A DNA stretch of 62,530 nucleotides, filler included, from Sphacelaria rigidula (GCA_964200075.2; 9 parts of 9 records of this genome joined end to end with filler, not necessarily neighbours in it); one strand, 5' to 3'. Counted from the first letter of the whole stretch, positions 35,049-48,725 are shown. A program made the numbers and translations. Notes: generated by a model from the letters alone, not told the origin.

Positions 35049-36651
35049 CACACGTGGACGAATAGCACCCTGTAGGACGAGCTGCAAAGGGTTCTCCACA
35101 GTCTTTGTGTAAAGTCCTGTGTAGCATTTGCAAGCCTCGGGTGATGCTACGGTAGGGGTGCAGAAATAATTTCTGAGATTAGAACTGTTAGGAGCCCCTC
35201 ATCTCATCCACAAGACGACTGATAAAAATGTGCGAGAGTACGCCAGGATTACTATTCTAATATGCTGGATATTTCCCGAATAAGTCTGCAAACGGGGATG
35301 CCCTGACCCGTATTCTTGTGCGTCTAGAATTGTTGGGAGCCCCTNNNNNNNNNNAGCCCCTGAACCAGACAAAATTTCGCGAAAAAAGTGCACCCCTGCC
35401 GTAGCGTTGCTCCCTTAGTACCTGTAATAGCATTTTGCATAGCATTTTTTTCGAAAATCTGCAAGCAACCCTGTGGAGAGGCCTTCCCAATTTGGAAAAT
35501 TCCAAATTATTTTGGTACAAAATCTGTAAATGTTATTTTTTTTAATAGCTTCTCGTGCTATCCGAGACAAATTATCTTTTGCCCGATATAAATCGGGCAA
35601 AAAGGAATTTGTCTCGGACAGCAGGAGAAGCTATTCAAAACAGATTTTTTCTTCGCCCAATTTACTTGGGCAAAAAAAAGATACATTTCGAACAGGAGAG
35701 GAAGTTGTACGAAATAGATCATTTTTCCGCCCAACATAAATGGGCGAAAAAAGGATATATCTCGAACAGCTTCTTCTGCTGCGCAAATCCCATGCACACT
35801 CGCAGATTTGGAATTTGAACAGCAGAAGAAGCTCGAAATAAATCTTCACTTTGCCCTCCATTTCATCCGATCCCGCATACTGCACCGTTATCAGCATATG
35901 GGATCCGAGAAGCAGAAACGATTGTCGAGAATAATTCATCCTTTTGCCCCCCGATCCATGCACATGGGCTAGAAGGATGAATTATTCTCAACAGCTTTTT
36001 GCTGAATGGAGATCCGACACACTGATTACGATCGAGTGTATGTCCACACGCCTACGAGTTTAAATACTACGCTTTCGCTCGAGACGTGGATACCAGGGTG
36101 GTGGTGAATACCTCACATATAATCGCACATCGCTTTTGAAAACCCCGTGGTCCACAGTCGACCAAAATCACTCTACCGAGTATGCTTTTGTTTAGAGAGG
36201 TTTTTGTTTGATGGTTGTTAAAAGTACAAAATAATCCCGCCGCACATAGTAACTCAGGTGGCTCAATGGGCATCCTGATGAACTCCTGTGCCCGAAAAGA
36301 ATGAGTGCAATTCTCACCCCTTCCACTACTTGACCGGTTTTTTCTGCCAGTACCATGCCCATGCTGTATAGGGTATATATATTGTATGCGTGCTATAAAG
36401 GCTGCACAGCATATCAACAGCGATGAATTCTATCGACGGAGTGACAGAACCCTGTGAAGCGCCCTGTGTGGCACAAAATAATACTCTACGCTCAAATCCC
36501 CGCGAGGAACCCTGCACAGTTTCCCTGAACCCTGTGAAGCGTCCTGTGGGGTGCGAAAAAATACTCTACAGCCATATCCCCGCGAGAAACACTGCACAGT
36601 TTCCCTGAACCCTGTAGACGTGCCCCACAATGTGCTACTTGTCCACGTGTG
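35049..36651. mobile_element. Non-autonomous TIR element with CACACGTGGAC termini and 2-bp TSD (AG)
   Basis: AG|CACACGTGGACGAATAGCAC ... GTGCTACTTGTCCACGTGTG|AG. The empty site GCGCATAGGCAGTGTG is visible in the opposite foldback arm. Confidence 0.85.
35139..35412. mobile_element. Small TIR element with GRG termini and a possible 4-bp TSD (Sola-like, tentative); contains a 10-N gap
   Basis: GGGTGATGCTACGGTAGGGGTGCA ... TGCACCCCTGCCGTAGCGTTGCTC, flanks CCTC/CCTT. Absent from the sister copy at 40221-41216. Confidence 0.7.
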
Positions 36652-39224
36652 AGGCAATGTGCAGCACACGCTGAAGAGCTCGGTACAGCGGTACGAGTAG
36701 CTTCCCACAAGTAATAATTGTTCAGATGTGAGGAGGACGTGGTCACGGTAACAAACTGCATCAAAGTTGCAAGACCTGTGAAAGCCAGAGAGTTTGATTT
36801 TTATGATCTGCATCCACAATATTAAAACGATTCTGAAAACCTGAGGGAAGACGGCTTCCCTGTCCCCCAGCCAGGCATCGATGAACGAGGAAAGACTTTT
36901 ACAGGCGGATACAACACACATGGGGGCCCGGAGAAGTTTCTTTCCATCAACATCTGTGTTTCCCAAGTTGTAAAGCGTTCCATGCGCATTGTGTTCTGTT
37001 CCGTTGTTCGAGCACTGCCCGATGCCGATGCCGGAAAAGTTTCGTGTTGCTATTCGATGGCTTCTTCTCTTAGCTTTTCAGAACCGTTTTAATGTTGTGG
37101 ATGCAGATCATAAGAATCAAACTCTCTAGCTTTCACAGGTCTTGCGACTTCGATGCAGTTTGTTACCGTGACCACGTCCTCCTGACATCGGAATAATTAT
37201 TTCTTATGGGAAGCTACTCGTACTGTACCGAGCTGTTCACGCGACCAGCGTGTACTGCACACTGCCTATGCGCCACGCTAGCAACAGTTAGGTCACCACC
37301 ATAGGTATCTTTTTTCACTCCGCATGTCAAAAAGCTCTCCACAAGTGCTTGATCTCTCACACACCTTCCTCAACTGGCGTGTGGCAGGCTGTTCTCGTCG
37401 GACACCCGGATAGGGGGAGGTCGGCGAAAATCAACGATGAATAACACCCCCTAACTTCATATTGGATCAATCTGTCATTGCCGCAGCACCGCCCTTCCTG
37501 GCAAGCGTGTGACAGAGAACAGTAGTAGTGTGTCCGAAAAATTTCGCTCGACAGACCCTTGGTCAAATACCAAGTGGTGAAGTCACCTCGATTTTGAGTT
37601 TGATCGTAGATGTAGATTATCCTTATACATGGGCACCAAATGCTGGGCTTCTCACCCAAGACTTCGATTTGGAGGATCATACTAGGTAGGCAGCGGCAAC
37701 TGCTGTGTCCAGGTGCCCCTTGGAGCAGGATGCCTTTGGTGACCATTTGACGCAGTTATCCCGAAAAAAACGAAATCGATAAGGGTCCTAGACTGGAAAA
37801 ATCTAGCAGAAAAACCATCTCAAGAATCCGATCGCAAGAATCCCGACGCAAAAAAACTATCGCCAGGATCCGATCGCAAGAATCAGGACGCGAGAATTTT
37901 GACCAAAAAACGGAGTCGCAAAAAACCACTTGATCGAATTTTACCCGCAGCAGCATACACCAACTTCACTTTGTCAAAATGAAATCGGAACAACAGACAA
38001 CAACCAGTAGTACCAAACCTTCCAACCATACGCCATGAATCATAGGTACATGATCCCAAATTTCACTCATGCAGTATGAAACAGGCGTACATGTGCCCCT
38101 CCTTCCAGTCATACGAGATACATCGAGTGTATGCCCTTCATCTATGATTCATGCGAGATTAGTCAACTGTCCATGTTTTCCATCAATGATTCATACTGAA
38201 GTTGCGATTCGTCCATATTATGCACTCTAGGTTCGCGTGACACTACTTGGAGTGAACACATTCCCAGTTCGTGATTTGTGCGGTACGACCTTGAACGTAC
38301 ACCTTCATCATCCGTAATTCGTACCGGCTGACTCTTTGGTACTTGCTGCCCATTCAATATTCATAGAGGAAGTCAACCCGTATGAACTCTGATTCGTCCG
38401 AACCGTGAAGGATTTCCTACATCATTTCAACCTTTCAATGGGCTCTCCAGCCTGCACTTACACTACAGTTGCCATCTGCGCCCGGTCATCGCTCGCAACC
38501 GACATTTAATGGCGGGAAAAAATCTGCGCGATCCCTGCGAAGGTTGGCCGTCATTATACAGACAAAACTCAACGTTAGCTTAAAAGCAGCCAAACGGGAA
38601 TCGAAAAGCGTTCCCCTCGCCTACCCCTCCCGGCCCTCCCTTCCTCAACAAGACGCGCTCCGTCGGAGTGTAGTTGAATAGAATGCCCGATTGCCCGCTC
38701 CTCCTTTACAAAACGCCGTATTTGATCTCCATTGCCTCGTGCACCTGAGCGCGACAAAAAACGACAAAGAAACAAAACAAGAGAGATGACGACAGGAGAC
38801 ACGAAGAGTAAATCTACAGCACATTCAGGGTGTGTCGGCACGTCGATCCGCAACAGTCGACCTGGGGATTCCGCCAAAAAGGCCTATAGCATAATGCCCA
38901 AGCGCCTCCCTTGAAAAGATGACCCTGCCGAGGGGCAACACATCCCTACTCGCTCGTCGAAGTTGGGACTGAGGGCAGAATCGTGAACAGAAGTTATAGC
39001 GACTACATTTCTACTCAAATCTATGCCCTGCAGACAAGCGCCATGTCACTGTCGCGCTCTGGTAGGCCACTCGTCTTTACTTGATTTTGGAGGGGTATTT
39101 TCGCCGGCGCCTCTGCGCTTGCATTTCGCTTACATGAGGGTGCGTTCTGTTTCTGCTCACGTTTGGAATGCGTTTGATTTCCGCGTTGTGTTCTGCATGG
39201 TGTTGGTGCGTCATCGGCTTGCGG

Positions 39225-39575
39225 TGAGTTCCGTTTGACTTTTCGTGCCCACTTCTCAGCGGACTCTTCGGCCGTCAGGGGTACCGTCATCCATCTCGAC
39301 GGCTTTTCGTTGGTGGAAGCGGCATCGGTTTTACTTGAAAATTGGATTGGCATCATGTTCATTTTGACACTTTGAAGGGCATTTGCTCCCTTTCCATTTT
39401 CTGAATGGCGTCAGGGCGTTCTAGCGTTGCAGTGCGCTCCGTTTAATTGCCCGTGTCCGTGTCTCAGCGGAATCTTCGACCGTCGGAGGTACCGTCTATC
39501 TCGACAGCTTTTCATATGTGGGACCGGCATCTGTTTTACATGATGGCGGAATCAGCATCATGTTCATCTGACAAT
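39225..39575. repeat. Tandem duplication, about 207 bp period
   Basis: CTCAGCGGA.TCTTCG.CCGTC...GGTACCGTC..CTCGAC.GCTTTTC...GCATCATGTTCAT occurs twice. Confidence 0.75.
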
Positions 39576-40220
39576 TAGAGGACGCGACAGAAAATCGTGC
39601 AGTCACTCTCCATTGAACACCGTCTTCCTCTCGGGGCAGGGCTTGCACAACTGGAGCGTGTCTTGATCTTGCACGCATGTCTCATCGTCTCAACTGTGCT
39701 TTCTCTGTCCCCGTCTCTGCGCGGCTGCAGTTGGTCCGACTACTTGTACGGCACATACAAGCCTTGTTCATCATGACTGAACAGCTACAGAGCTTTTCAC
39801 TCCTTCTCGGATTTGAATCAGCATCATCTCAAAAGGTGCTTACACCTGTTGTGCGTGTGTTGTGCGCGCGTCTTATACATTATCGTTTCTCGTAGATTTC
39901 CTCGCGTCCAGGGCGCTTCCAATTTCAATTTATTTCGGTGGTCGTTGCCGTCTCGGATTTCGGCGGGGAAACCGGAGTGGTCTCGGCCCTTCTACTCTAA
40001 TGTGAAAATGTCTGCCCGTAACATATTTTGTAGTTTACACGTGGTATTTATCTTCCATGGTTCGGACGAATCATCGCCGATTTGAATCACCATATCCACG
40101 ATTTTCCAAGCCTGATTGCTCGAAAGAGAGAAATAAGCCGACCGCTGGTCAAACAGGTCTCCACGCAACTTTTGCTCCATTCCACGTGCTTGGGCTACAT
40201 GTACCTGGGTTGCAACGCTG

Positions 40221-41216
40221 CACACGTGGACACATAGCACCCTGTGGGGCACGTCTACAGGGTTCAAGGAAACTGTGCAGTGTTTCTCGCGCGGGATTTG
40301 ACTGTAGGATTTTATTTTGTGCCACACAGGGCGCTTCACAGGATTTCGTCACTCCGTGTAGTATTCATTGCTGTTAATATGCTGCACAGCCTTCATAGCG
40401 CACGTACAAAATACTCCATACAGCATGGGCATGGTACTGGCAGAAACAAACGGTCGAGAAATTACAGTGGTAGGAATCAAACTCACGATTTCGTGCTCGG
40501 GAGTGATACCAGGTGCACTTTGAGCTACCTGATTCGTTGTTGTCAAGGTCAATATTTTGTGTTTCTAATAACTATCAAGCAAAAACCTCTATAAACGAAA
40601 GCATGCTCAATTGAGTGGTTTTGGCACACTGCGGACCACGGGCTTTTCAAAAGCTATGTGGACTCATATGCGAGGTATATACCGTCTTTCAAGCACCCAC
40701 GCCTTGAGCCGAAGCGTCGTATCTAAGCTCGTAGGCGTGTGGACATACACTCGTAGTCAGTGTGTCGGATCTCTATTCAGCAAAAGCTGATGAGAATTAT
40801 TCATCCTTTAGCCCATGTACACATGGGTTAAAGGGCAAAACCATGACTTTCAACATCTTCTTTTGCGTGTGAAATCTCATACGATGATGACGGTGCAGCA
40901 TGCGGGATATGCCCAGCTGACGCTGTTCGCAAAAAATCTTCACTTTTGCCCGATTCAAATCGTGCAAAAGAGGATTTATCTCGGACAGCAGGAAAAGCTA
41001 TAGTAGGAAAAAAAATACAGATTTTGTACCGAAATATATGGAATTTTCATAATTGGGAAGGCCTCTCCACAGGGTTGCTTGCAGGGTTTCAACGAAGACG
41101 GTATGGAAAATGCTACTACGGACACTAGGGTTTGCAAGTGCTGCACAGGGATTTCAACAAAGACTGTAGAGAAGCCTGTGCAGCTTGTCCTACAGGGTGC
41201 TATTTGTCCACATGTG
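40221..41216. mobile_element. Second, inverted copy of the CACACGTGGAC TIR element (about 1 kb)
   Basis: CACACGTGGACACATAGCACCCTGT ... ACAGGGTGCTATTTGTCCACATGTG. The interior is collinear in reverse with 35049-36651. Confidence 0.85.
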
Positions 41217-41760
41217 GAAACAAAGCCTGAGGATTTATTCATACGGTACGAATCAGTTACACTACAAACCGAATAATTTCCGGACGAATAATTGATTCGT
41301 CCCTTGCTATCTTCGCACGGCAGGTAGTGGAGGGACTGGTGGACTCGTCTCAGTACCAAAACGCCCAGGTATTTAGCATAGTAATGAAGTTGTTTCGTCT
41401 TGTGTCTCGTTCGAATCGCGTGTTTCATATTGCCTGTACTGCAGTATGGTTTCGTCCTAGCATTCCCTGAGAAAAACTACGCTCCCCGCGCCTCGTACAC
41501 AGTTCATGATAACCGGAGCATGTCGATGGCCTATGTATAATGCATACAGTATCCGTTCTTGAACCGGTACGGTATACTACTGTAAACAACGTTTTCGTGA
41601 GATTGAGAGTAGATCTGCGATTGAGAGTGGCTTTGATCATTCGCTTCAAGTGAGNNNNNNNNNNNNNNNNNNNNNNNNNNNNNNNNNNNNNNNNNNNNTT
41701 AATTAATTAANNNNNNNNNNNNNNNNNNNNNNNNNNNNNNNNNNNNNNNNNNNNGTGAAG

Positions 41761-41826
<66 letters not shown>
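41761..41826. repeat. (ACA)22 microsatellite
   Basis: Pure trinucleotide run at the contig start. Confidence 0.95.
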
Positions 41827-41829
41827 TGA

Positions 41830-41987
41830 AATATGTGAGAGTACGAGTCCAACGTGCTGGGGATGTCCCAAATGAATTTGCACACGGGGGTGCCCTGACC
41901 CATGTTCTTGTGCATATAGAATATTTAGGAGCCCCTGACCCAGACAAGATTTCGCGCAAAACGTGCACCCCTACCTTAGCATTGCTC
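41830..41987. mobile_element. Right part of the GRG-TIR element family seen at 35139-35412
   Basis: GCCCTGACCC...GGAGCCCCTGA.CCAGACAA.ATTTCGCG...GTGCACCCCTACCTTAGCATTGCTC. Confidence 0.7.
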
Positions 41988-43325
41988 TCCGGTGGTATCG
42001 TTATCGACGCACGTGTACACTACATCCATTCGTTGCATCTAGCCACACCTGCTTAACTGCGACGGAAACATTTTTTGCGAAACTGCATTTCCATGGCATA
42101 TCTGTTGCGCACAAAACGTGGATTTTAGTTATGCCACTTGAGTCTCATTTTAGTGTTTAACCCCCATTTTCGAGGAACCTCTGTTTTTGTGGTTTTCTTC
42201 GCTACACTATTGATCTCTCCAATTCCTCAGGACGATTCTGCAGCCTCAACAGATGTATCCATCTCTTCTTCGATACCTGCCTGATGTTCCGGGATGGCGG
42301 AGTATTTCAGCACTCTCGCACCGCATCAATACTCTTCGAACCTTATTTGCTATTCACGTCCTCCCTCACTCTTCCAACGACAGCACATATTCTACTCAAT
42401 ACGACCGTGCCTGCCGGACTTCGAACCCGCAACTGCCCGGCCTCATTTACCGTTGGAACACCCGTGAGGCCACCGGATCGCGGCGGTTTTACTCTGAATT
42501 TCCCCATCGATTCCTATGGATCAAGAGCTACTGGTTATGATATATATTTGTTGCTTGTCTCGCCGATGGTATGATGGGCACGTGTGTTTGCTCTGATGAC
42601 CATTCATCGCAAAATTCATTTCGGGAGTATCCGATAAATTCACTCGAGTCCGTGGCGCTCTCTGGCACCCTATCGTCAGCGTAACGAATAGAATCAAGCA
42701 CACACAAACCCCTTCGGGAACCATCTTATTGCACGTTTCTCAGCGAACAGGCTCTGGGCTGGAGTTATGGAGGCTTCTCGGGTGATAATCTCAAATCCGA
42801 CCGCAAAACGCAAGGAAGAGAGCTGCTAAAATTGGAGCCGTTGTTGACGAAGTGGAAAGTCCCTCATGCTCACTCCGCCGACCCAATTCTACACTTGATA
42901 TCGTCACTTGCCATCATATCTGCTCGGGATAGGCAATAGCGCGCCGTTTCGAGGCGCCACTCCCACAGAGGTATATACCGTGGCGCCATTCCAGGCTACA
43001 CAACCTTTTGGGAATTGTTGCTGTTTCTCTGCATTACAAAAGGCTCCCGTACACCGCGATAGCACGGGGGTACCTTATGGGCTATGCGCAAGATTTGAAA
43101 GCCGGAAACCCTCCCCGTGTTGATTCGTCCACGTTTTCCTGCGATCAGAAATGGTTCCTGATCTCACAATATAGGTGCTATTCTCCTCGATATTGAGTCT
43201 GTGCCACGTTTGTACCACCTGCGGATAAGGTACGAATGAATGGCTGAAAAACAAGTTAGCCAGTTGTCATCAATTTCCTCAAGACAAAATGATCAAAAAG
43301 TGCAGCAAGAGCTGTGGCAATTCTG

Positions 43326-44971
43326 CAAGGGTAGGTCGTGTAGAGTATGTAGTTTTGAGTACTCGAGTAAAACACTCAAGTATTTACTCTACTCGACGTT
43401 TGAGTAGGTCGAGTACGACCTCAAATACTCTGCTCAAATTTTGAGTACGTCGAGTACGGCGTCCAATACTCTACTCAAATCTTGAGTAGGTCGAGTACGA
43501 CCTCAAATACTCCACTCAAATACTGAGTAAGAACTCCCAGTAATACTTGAGTATAGAGTATCACATCAGTATGACCTCGATACTCTACTCAAATTTGGGT
43601 AGATCGAGTAGTGCCTCAAATTCTCTACTCAAATTATGAGTAGCTTGAGTATGGCCTCAAATACTCTACTCAAATCTTGAGCAGGTCGAGTACGCGACCT
43701 CAAATACTCTACCCAAATATTGAGTAAGCACTCTCAGTAACACTTGAGTATAGAGTATCACTTGAGTACGGCCTCAATACTCTACTCAAATTTTGAGTAC
43801 GTCGAGTACGGCCTCAAATACTCTACTCAAATTTTGAGTACGTTGAGTATGGTCTCAAATACTCTACTCGAATTTTGAGTAGATCGAGTATGACCTCAAA
43901 TACTCTACTCAAATATTGAGTAAGCACTCTCAGCAATACTTGAGTATAGAGTACCCCTTGGGTATGGCGAGTATCCCTGACAGTCGGCGACTTCGTGGCG
44001 TCACCTCACAGACTATGTTGAATACATGGGCGAACGATGGCCATCGATTATATGGGCGGCGTTACATCACAGCCAACAAGGAGTATGAGCGAATGATGGC
44101 CATAAAAAAATATTTTAAAAACGTGCAGGTGAAAGCACCTACCTGCCTCAGCGCCCCATCTCACCAGCAAGCCAAGAATGGAAACGCCCACTTTTTCAAG
44201 GGTAGGTCGAGTAGAGCATGAGCTTGTGAGTGCTCGAGAAAAATACTCAAGTATTTACTCTACTCGACGTTTGAGAACGTCGAGTACGGCCTCCAATACT
44301 CTACTCGATTATTGAGTAAGCACTCTCAGTAATACTTGAGTATAGAGTATCACTTGAGTATGACCTCACTACTCCAGTCAAATTTTGACTACGTCGAGTA
44401 CGGCCTCCAATACTCCTCTCAATTTTTGAGTAAATCGTGTACGACCTCAAATACTCTACTCAAAATTTGAGTTTTAAAAGTATGGCTCTTCAAAAATACT
44501 GAGTATTGAGTATCCTCTACTCGACCTACCCTTGAAATGCTCTACTCAAATTCTGAGTAGGTTGAGTATGGTCTCAAATACTCTACTCAAATTTCGAGTA
44601 AGCACTCTCAGTAAGACTTGAGTATAGAGTATCACTTGAGTATGACCTCAATACTCTAGTCAAATTTTGAGTACGTCGAGTACGGCCTCAAATACTCTAC
44701 TCAAATATTGAGTAGGTTGAGTATGGTCTCAAATACCCTACTCAAATTTTATGTAGATCGAGTACGACCTCAAATACTCTACTCAAATATTGAGTATGAG
44801 CTCAATACTCTACTCAAATTTCGAGTGGATTGGGTATGATCTCAAATACTCTACTCGAAAAATTGAGTAGGTTGAGTACGACCTCAAATACTCTACTCAA
44901 ACTTTGAGTACTAAAAGTATGACTCTTAAAAAATACTGAGTATTGAGTATACTCTACTCGACCTACCCTTG
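43326..44971. mobile_element. Cluster of hAT-like non-autonomous elements filled with palindromic subrepeats of about 36 bp
   Basis: CAAGGGTAGGTCG starts at 43326 and 44197; CGACCTACCCTTG ends at 44534 and 44971. Dozens of TACTCTACTCAAATnTTGAGTA units. TSDs not clean. Confidence 0.7.
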
Positions 44972-47900
44972 GAATTGTTCTCTTCTCTTGGTCCGTTTTG
45001 TTGATTATATCGGTTTCGCCATGTTCGCCATACCGTCTTTACAGCCTCCGTCCGCTACGACTCGAGCTTGTACCTCGGTAAAACACGGACAAGTGTCACT
45101 TACCCTGGGGTCGGTCATATTTTGTATCGGCATACTTTTCACTTGGAAAATAAATGCAGCACCCAGATGGCCTACCCTTGGGGTCCAAGGGTTCAGTTTT
45201 AGAGCCGGTTGCAGGAAGAAGTTACCCTCGCCAGAGATTTTGACTTGAAAATTAAACGAAAGACGCAAATGGCCCACCCCGGCGATGAAATATCACTTTT
45301 ACAGCTGACGGGAGGAAAAGTTGACGCTCCCTAACGGAGTAATCCGATACTTGGTGATCCTCGTAGACAACGGGACGGAATGCAATGGGGGGCACAGAGA
45401 AGACGACACTGTACTATACTGCGTTGTAGTGTACTGCATTGTACCGTGTTGTGCGGTGTACTTTGGCCTTGCTTATTTACACAGACGAAAGTCACGCTCA
45501 GGATGTGTCGTTTGTGTTTCATGGGCGTAATGTTTACTTCAAAAATGAATGCAAGACCCAGGTGGCCCATCGTGGCAATCCAAGGATTTAATTTGCAACT
45601 AGCGGCAGGAACAGGTGACCCTCTCAAAGGGGTTGATGCAATCTAATCCTTGGTGATGCGCGTAGACAGAGGGAACGAACCCAGCGGGCGGGGGAGCGAA
45701 GAGAACACCATACTGTACTATACAGTGTTTTACTGCTGTACTGTGCGTTTTACTTAACCTTGTCTCGACCTATACCTATATAGCCAACTCCAGGGTGGGT
45801 AATTTGTGTTGCATTGGCACGTGTTGACGTGAAAATGAATGGTGAACAGACTGTACGATCGATGGATGCAGTGCAGCAGGAATGTGTGCATGTCATGGGT
45901 GCAGAAGGCCTTCGGCGCTTCTTATCCAACCGACCGGAAATATCATTCGCATCTCATTGGCTTGCGCGATTTTTGCGTCAGGATAAGTCGGGACACGTTT
46001 TGCAAAAAAAAACAAATGTTTTGGGCCCAATTTTCATCCCAAACAGTGTGGTTGTGCCTTATACTTCCTGAGTGATTCCAGCAACTGCGTGTCTAAATCC
46101 TGTTTGTCATATGATTAATTCGCTATAATTCCTAGTTGAAGGGTACCCTGTGTTGGTATTGCGACCTTGTTACTGTACTGTATATCAATTTATTTACATA
46201 TCATCGCTGTAATTTGCTTGTTGCTGCGGCATGATGTTGAATCTGAGGAACCTAAAATAGGTTCAAATGCCCTGTCATTTGCCCATTTGCTGCAAGATCT
46301 TAGTCCGGTTACAGTATAGCTATATGATTGCGTGCGTGCTGCGTGCATTAGGCCGTAAATATCGTACTACTGCACTTACTCCTAGTGCTAATCCTCGTGC
46401 GAGGAGCGTTTGATCGTGCAAGGGCGTTCGTGTATCCCCAAAGGGAGACGCTCACCAAGATCAAGTTCGTTGCAATGTGGTATGTGCTACAGCAGTTCGT
46501 CGGCAAGGTCGCTACAGCAGTTTTGCTAGAATTTCACGGAAAAAATCACCCAACACCGCCTGCACTGGCACAGATCCTGCTGCCGGAACGCCTCGATGTC
46601 CTATAGATCGTGTAATGCCACGCTCATCGGATGCCCACGATGCCGGCAATCAGCGTCTACCGACCGACTCTAGAATCCCATTTGACTATGTTGACCCCGC
46701 ATCGCGGAGCCCGCACCCTCATCCAATGGCTGAGCCGCGTCCGCTTCCACCGCTTCCAGAATTGCCATCACGCACTCCGCGCCGACATCTGCCGGAGCCG
46801 AAGCTTTCACTGTTGGCCGAACCAGCGCCTGACCTCTGTCCCGCGCTGTGGTATGTTGTAAGTAATGGTTAACGCCGCTCACCGAAGGCACGATGGCTGT
46901 GCTACTAGCTGGCGGCTGTGCGGCACGGCCTGCGCGAGCGCCGCTGCTGTGGCTGTTGCCGCCACCACCCCCGCTGCTGCCGCCGCGCAATCCTTCTCCG
47001 CCGCTGTTTCCGCCTAAGGCTTGAGGGCCTAGGAAGGTGTGGTGCTGTATAGGCATCGGTTGTTTGAAAGACCACGGATGCGCCTCTACGCCACCGGTTC
47101 TTGCATGTGTTGTATGGGAGGCCTTCCGCTTGTAACCTGCGTATTTCGGTTAACGCCTGCTTCTGGTTTGCTTGATCCGGCGCGTTTGCCTTGCGTTTTG
47201 CTGGTGTGAGCGGGGAGTTCCGGTGTCGGTGTCTTGTGATTTGAGGGACGCCACGAGAGCTTGTGGTGCAGTGAGGTTTGGAACGATTCCTGTGATATCG
47301 TCCGGGGAGCGTCGCACGTGAAGGAATGCCCCTCGCCGGGTATTAAAGAACGACGACAGAGTTCTTGCAAGCGCATGTAACACTGACGGGGGCACAGAGA
47401 GTTTCTCCTCCACAAACATCCGCGTTTTCTCACCTGCAAACCGTTTCATGCGCATTGTTTCCTAATAAGAACGTTATCCTGTCGACTTGTGTTCAGTTCT
47501 GTACTAATTGCCGTATGTCAATCGCAGCAATGTATTGTATTGCTGTTCGACAGTATCTTCGCAATTTTGACCGGACCCAAAGCGGCCACTTTCCCTCAGC
47601 TCTTGAGAGTCCTTCAAATTGTGTGAAATTAGTTGAGAAATTCACCTGTTCAGTTTTCACAGCCGGTGTTGATTTCCGTGCATGTTGTCAACGTGACTGT
47701 GCAGACGACAATCAGTACAGTGGAGCAAGGAAAGCTAGCTATGATCGGGTTTGCCTGCCGTACTGCCGCCAGCATTGCTTGAAAGCCACAAGACCTTTGC
47801 GGTCGGCGGTTGATGGCATGGGTGTCAAATGCAACGACAAGTGGTTGATCGGAAAGCACTCTTGTTCCTCGTGGGGTCATATCTCGCCCCAGCTTGTAAT

Positions 47901-47978
47901 GATTCTGGAAAGCTGCTGTACCGCGGGGTTTACGCAGCGGGTGTGTGCTCCAGATTGCAGCATGGCGGCACCCCTCTT

Positions 47979-48222
47979 CGCCACGCTAGCAACAGTTAGG
48001 TCACCACCATCGGTATTTTTTTTCACTCCGCATGACAAGAACGTCTCCACAAGTGTTTGATTTCTCATATACCCCCCCAACTGGCGTGTGGCAGGCTCTT
48101 GTCGCGCACCCAGATAGTCACATGTCGGGTAAAATAAACCATGAATAACACCCCCCAAGTTGCAATTTGATTTGTTATTGCCGCGGCACCGTCCTTGCTG
48201 GCATGTTTGTGACAGAGAACAG
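47979..48222. repeat. Third copy of the foldback arm from 34796-37522
   Basis: CGCCACGCTAGCAACAGTTAGGTCACCACCAT...GTGACAGAGAACAG matches 37271-37522. Confidence 0.85.
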
Positions 48223-48725
48223 AGCGGTGACGGGAATATTGCCCTGTTTTTCAATATCTTCTGCAGCGCACAGAGGCGCGTCCTGCCTAAAAAGAGAGGC
48301 GGAGATAAATCCATCTTTGCATTGGTGAGCTCCACAGACAACAAGAGACGAGATCCCTCCGCGTCTCGGCGTTCTTTGAGGGACTGTGCAGCAATATAAG
48401 ATGCCTACCGGCACATGAGAAATCGGGTACATGCTGGGAACATGCATGATACCAGTCTCTCGAGTGAATGGTAATCGCCGAACGAGGACACACAAAGGAC
48501 ACGAGCGAGGAACTTCCTCTCTGTCGTTGCTTCTCACTCTGGTGATATCGTCATCGACACGCGTGTATACCGCATTCGTTCGGTTCACCTAGCCTCAACT
48601 GCTTAATTGCTGCNNNNNNNNNNNNNNNNNNNNNNNNNNNNNNNNNNNNNNNNNNNNTTAATTAATTAANNNNNNNNNNNNNNNNNNNNNNNNNNNNNNN
48701 NNNNNNNNNNNNNGAGGAAAGCACT

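Larger units (their letters stand above)
34796..37522. mobile_element. Foldback element with arms of about 450 bp; left arm interrupted by a nested insertion
   Basis: 34796-35048 plus 36652-36855 is the reverse complement of about 37060-37517. The left end is cut by the contig start. Confidence 0.85.

Noticed and set aside
43326..44971. CRISPR array
   Set aside because: The palindromic units abut each other with no unique spacers, are bounded by TIRs, lie in a eukaryotic contig, and no cas genes are present.
46400..47900. Functional minus-strand gene with a Gly-rich exon
   Set aside because: The exon-like pieces contain in-frame stops and no recognisable domain; at best a decayed gene.
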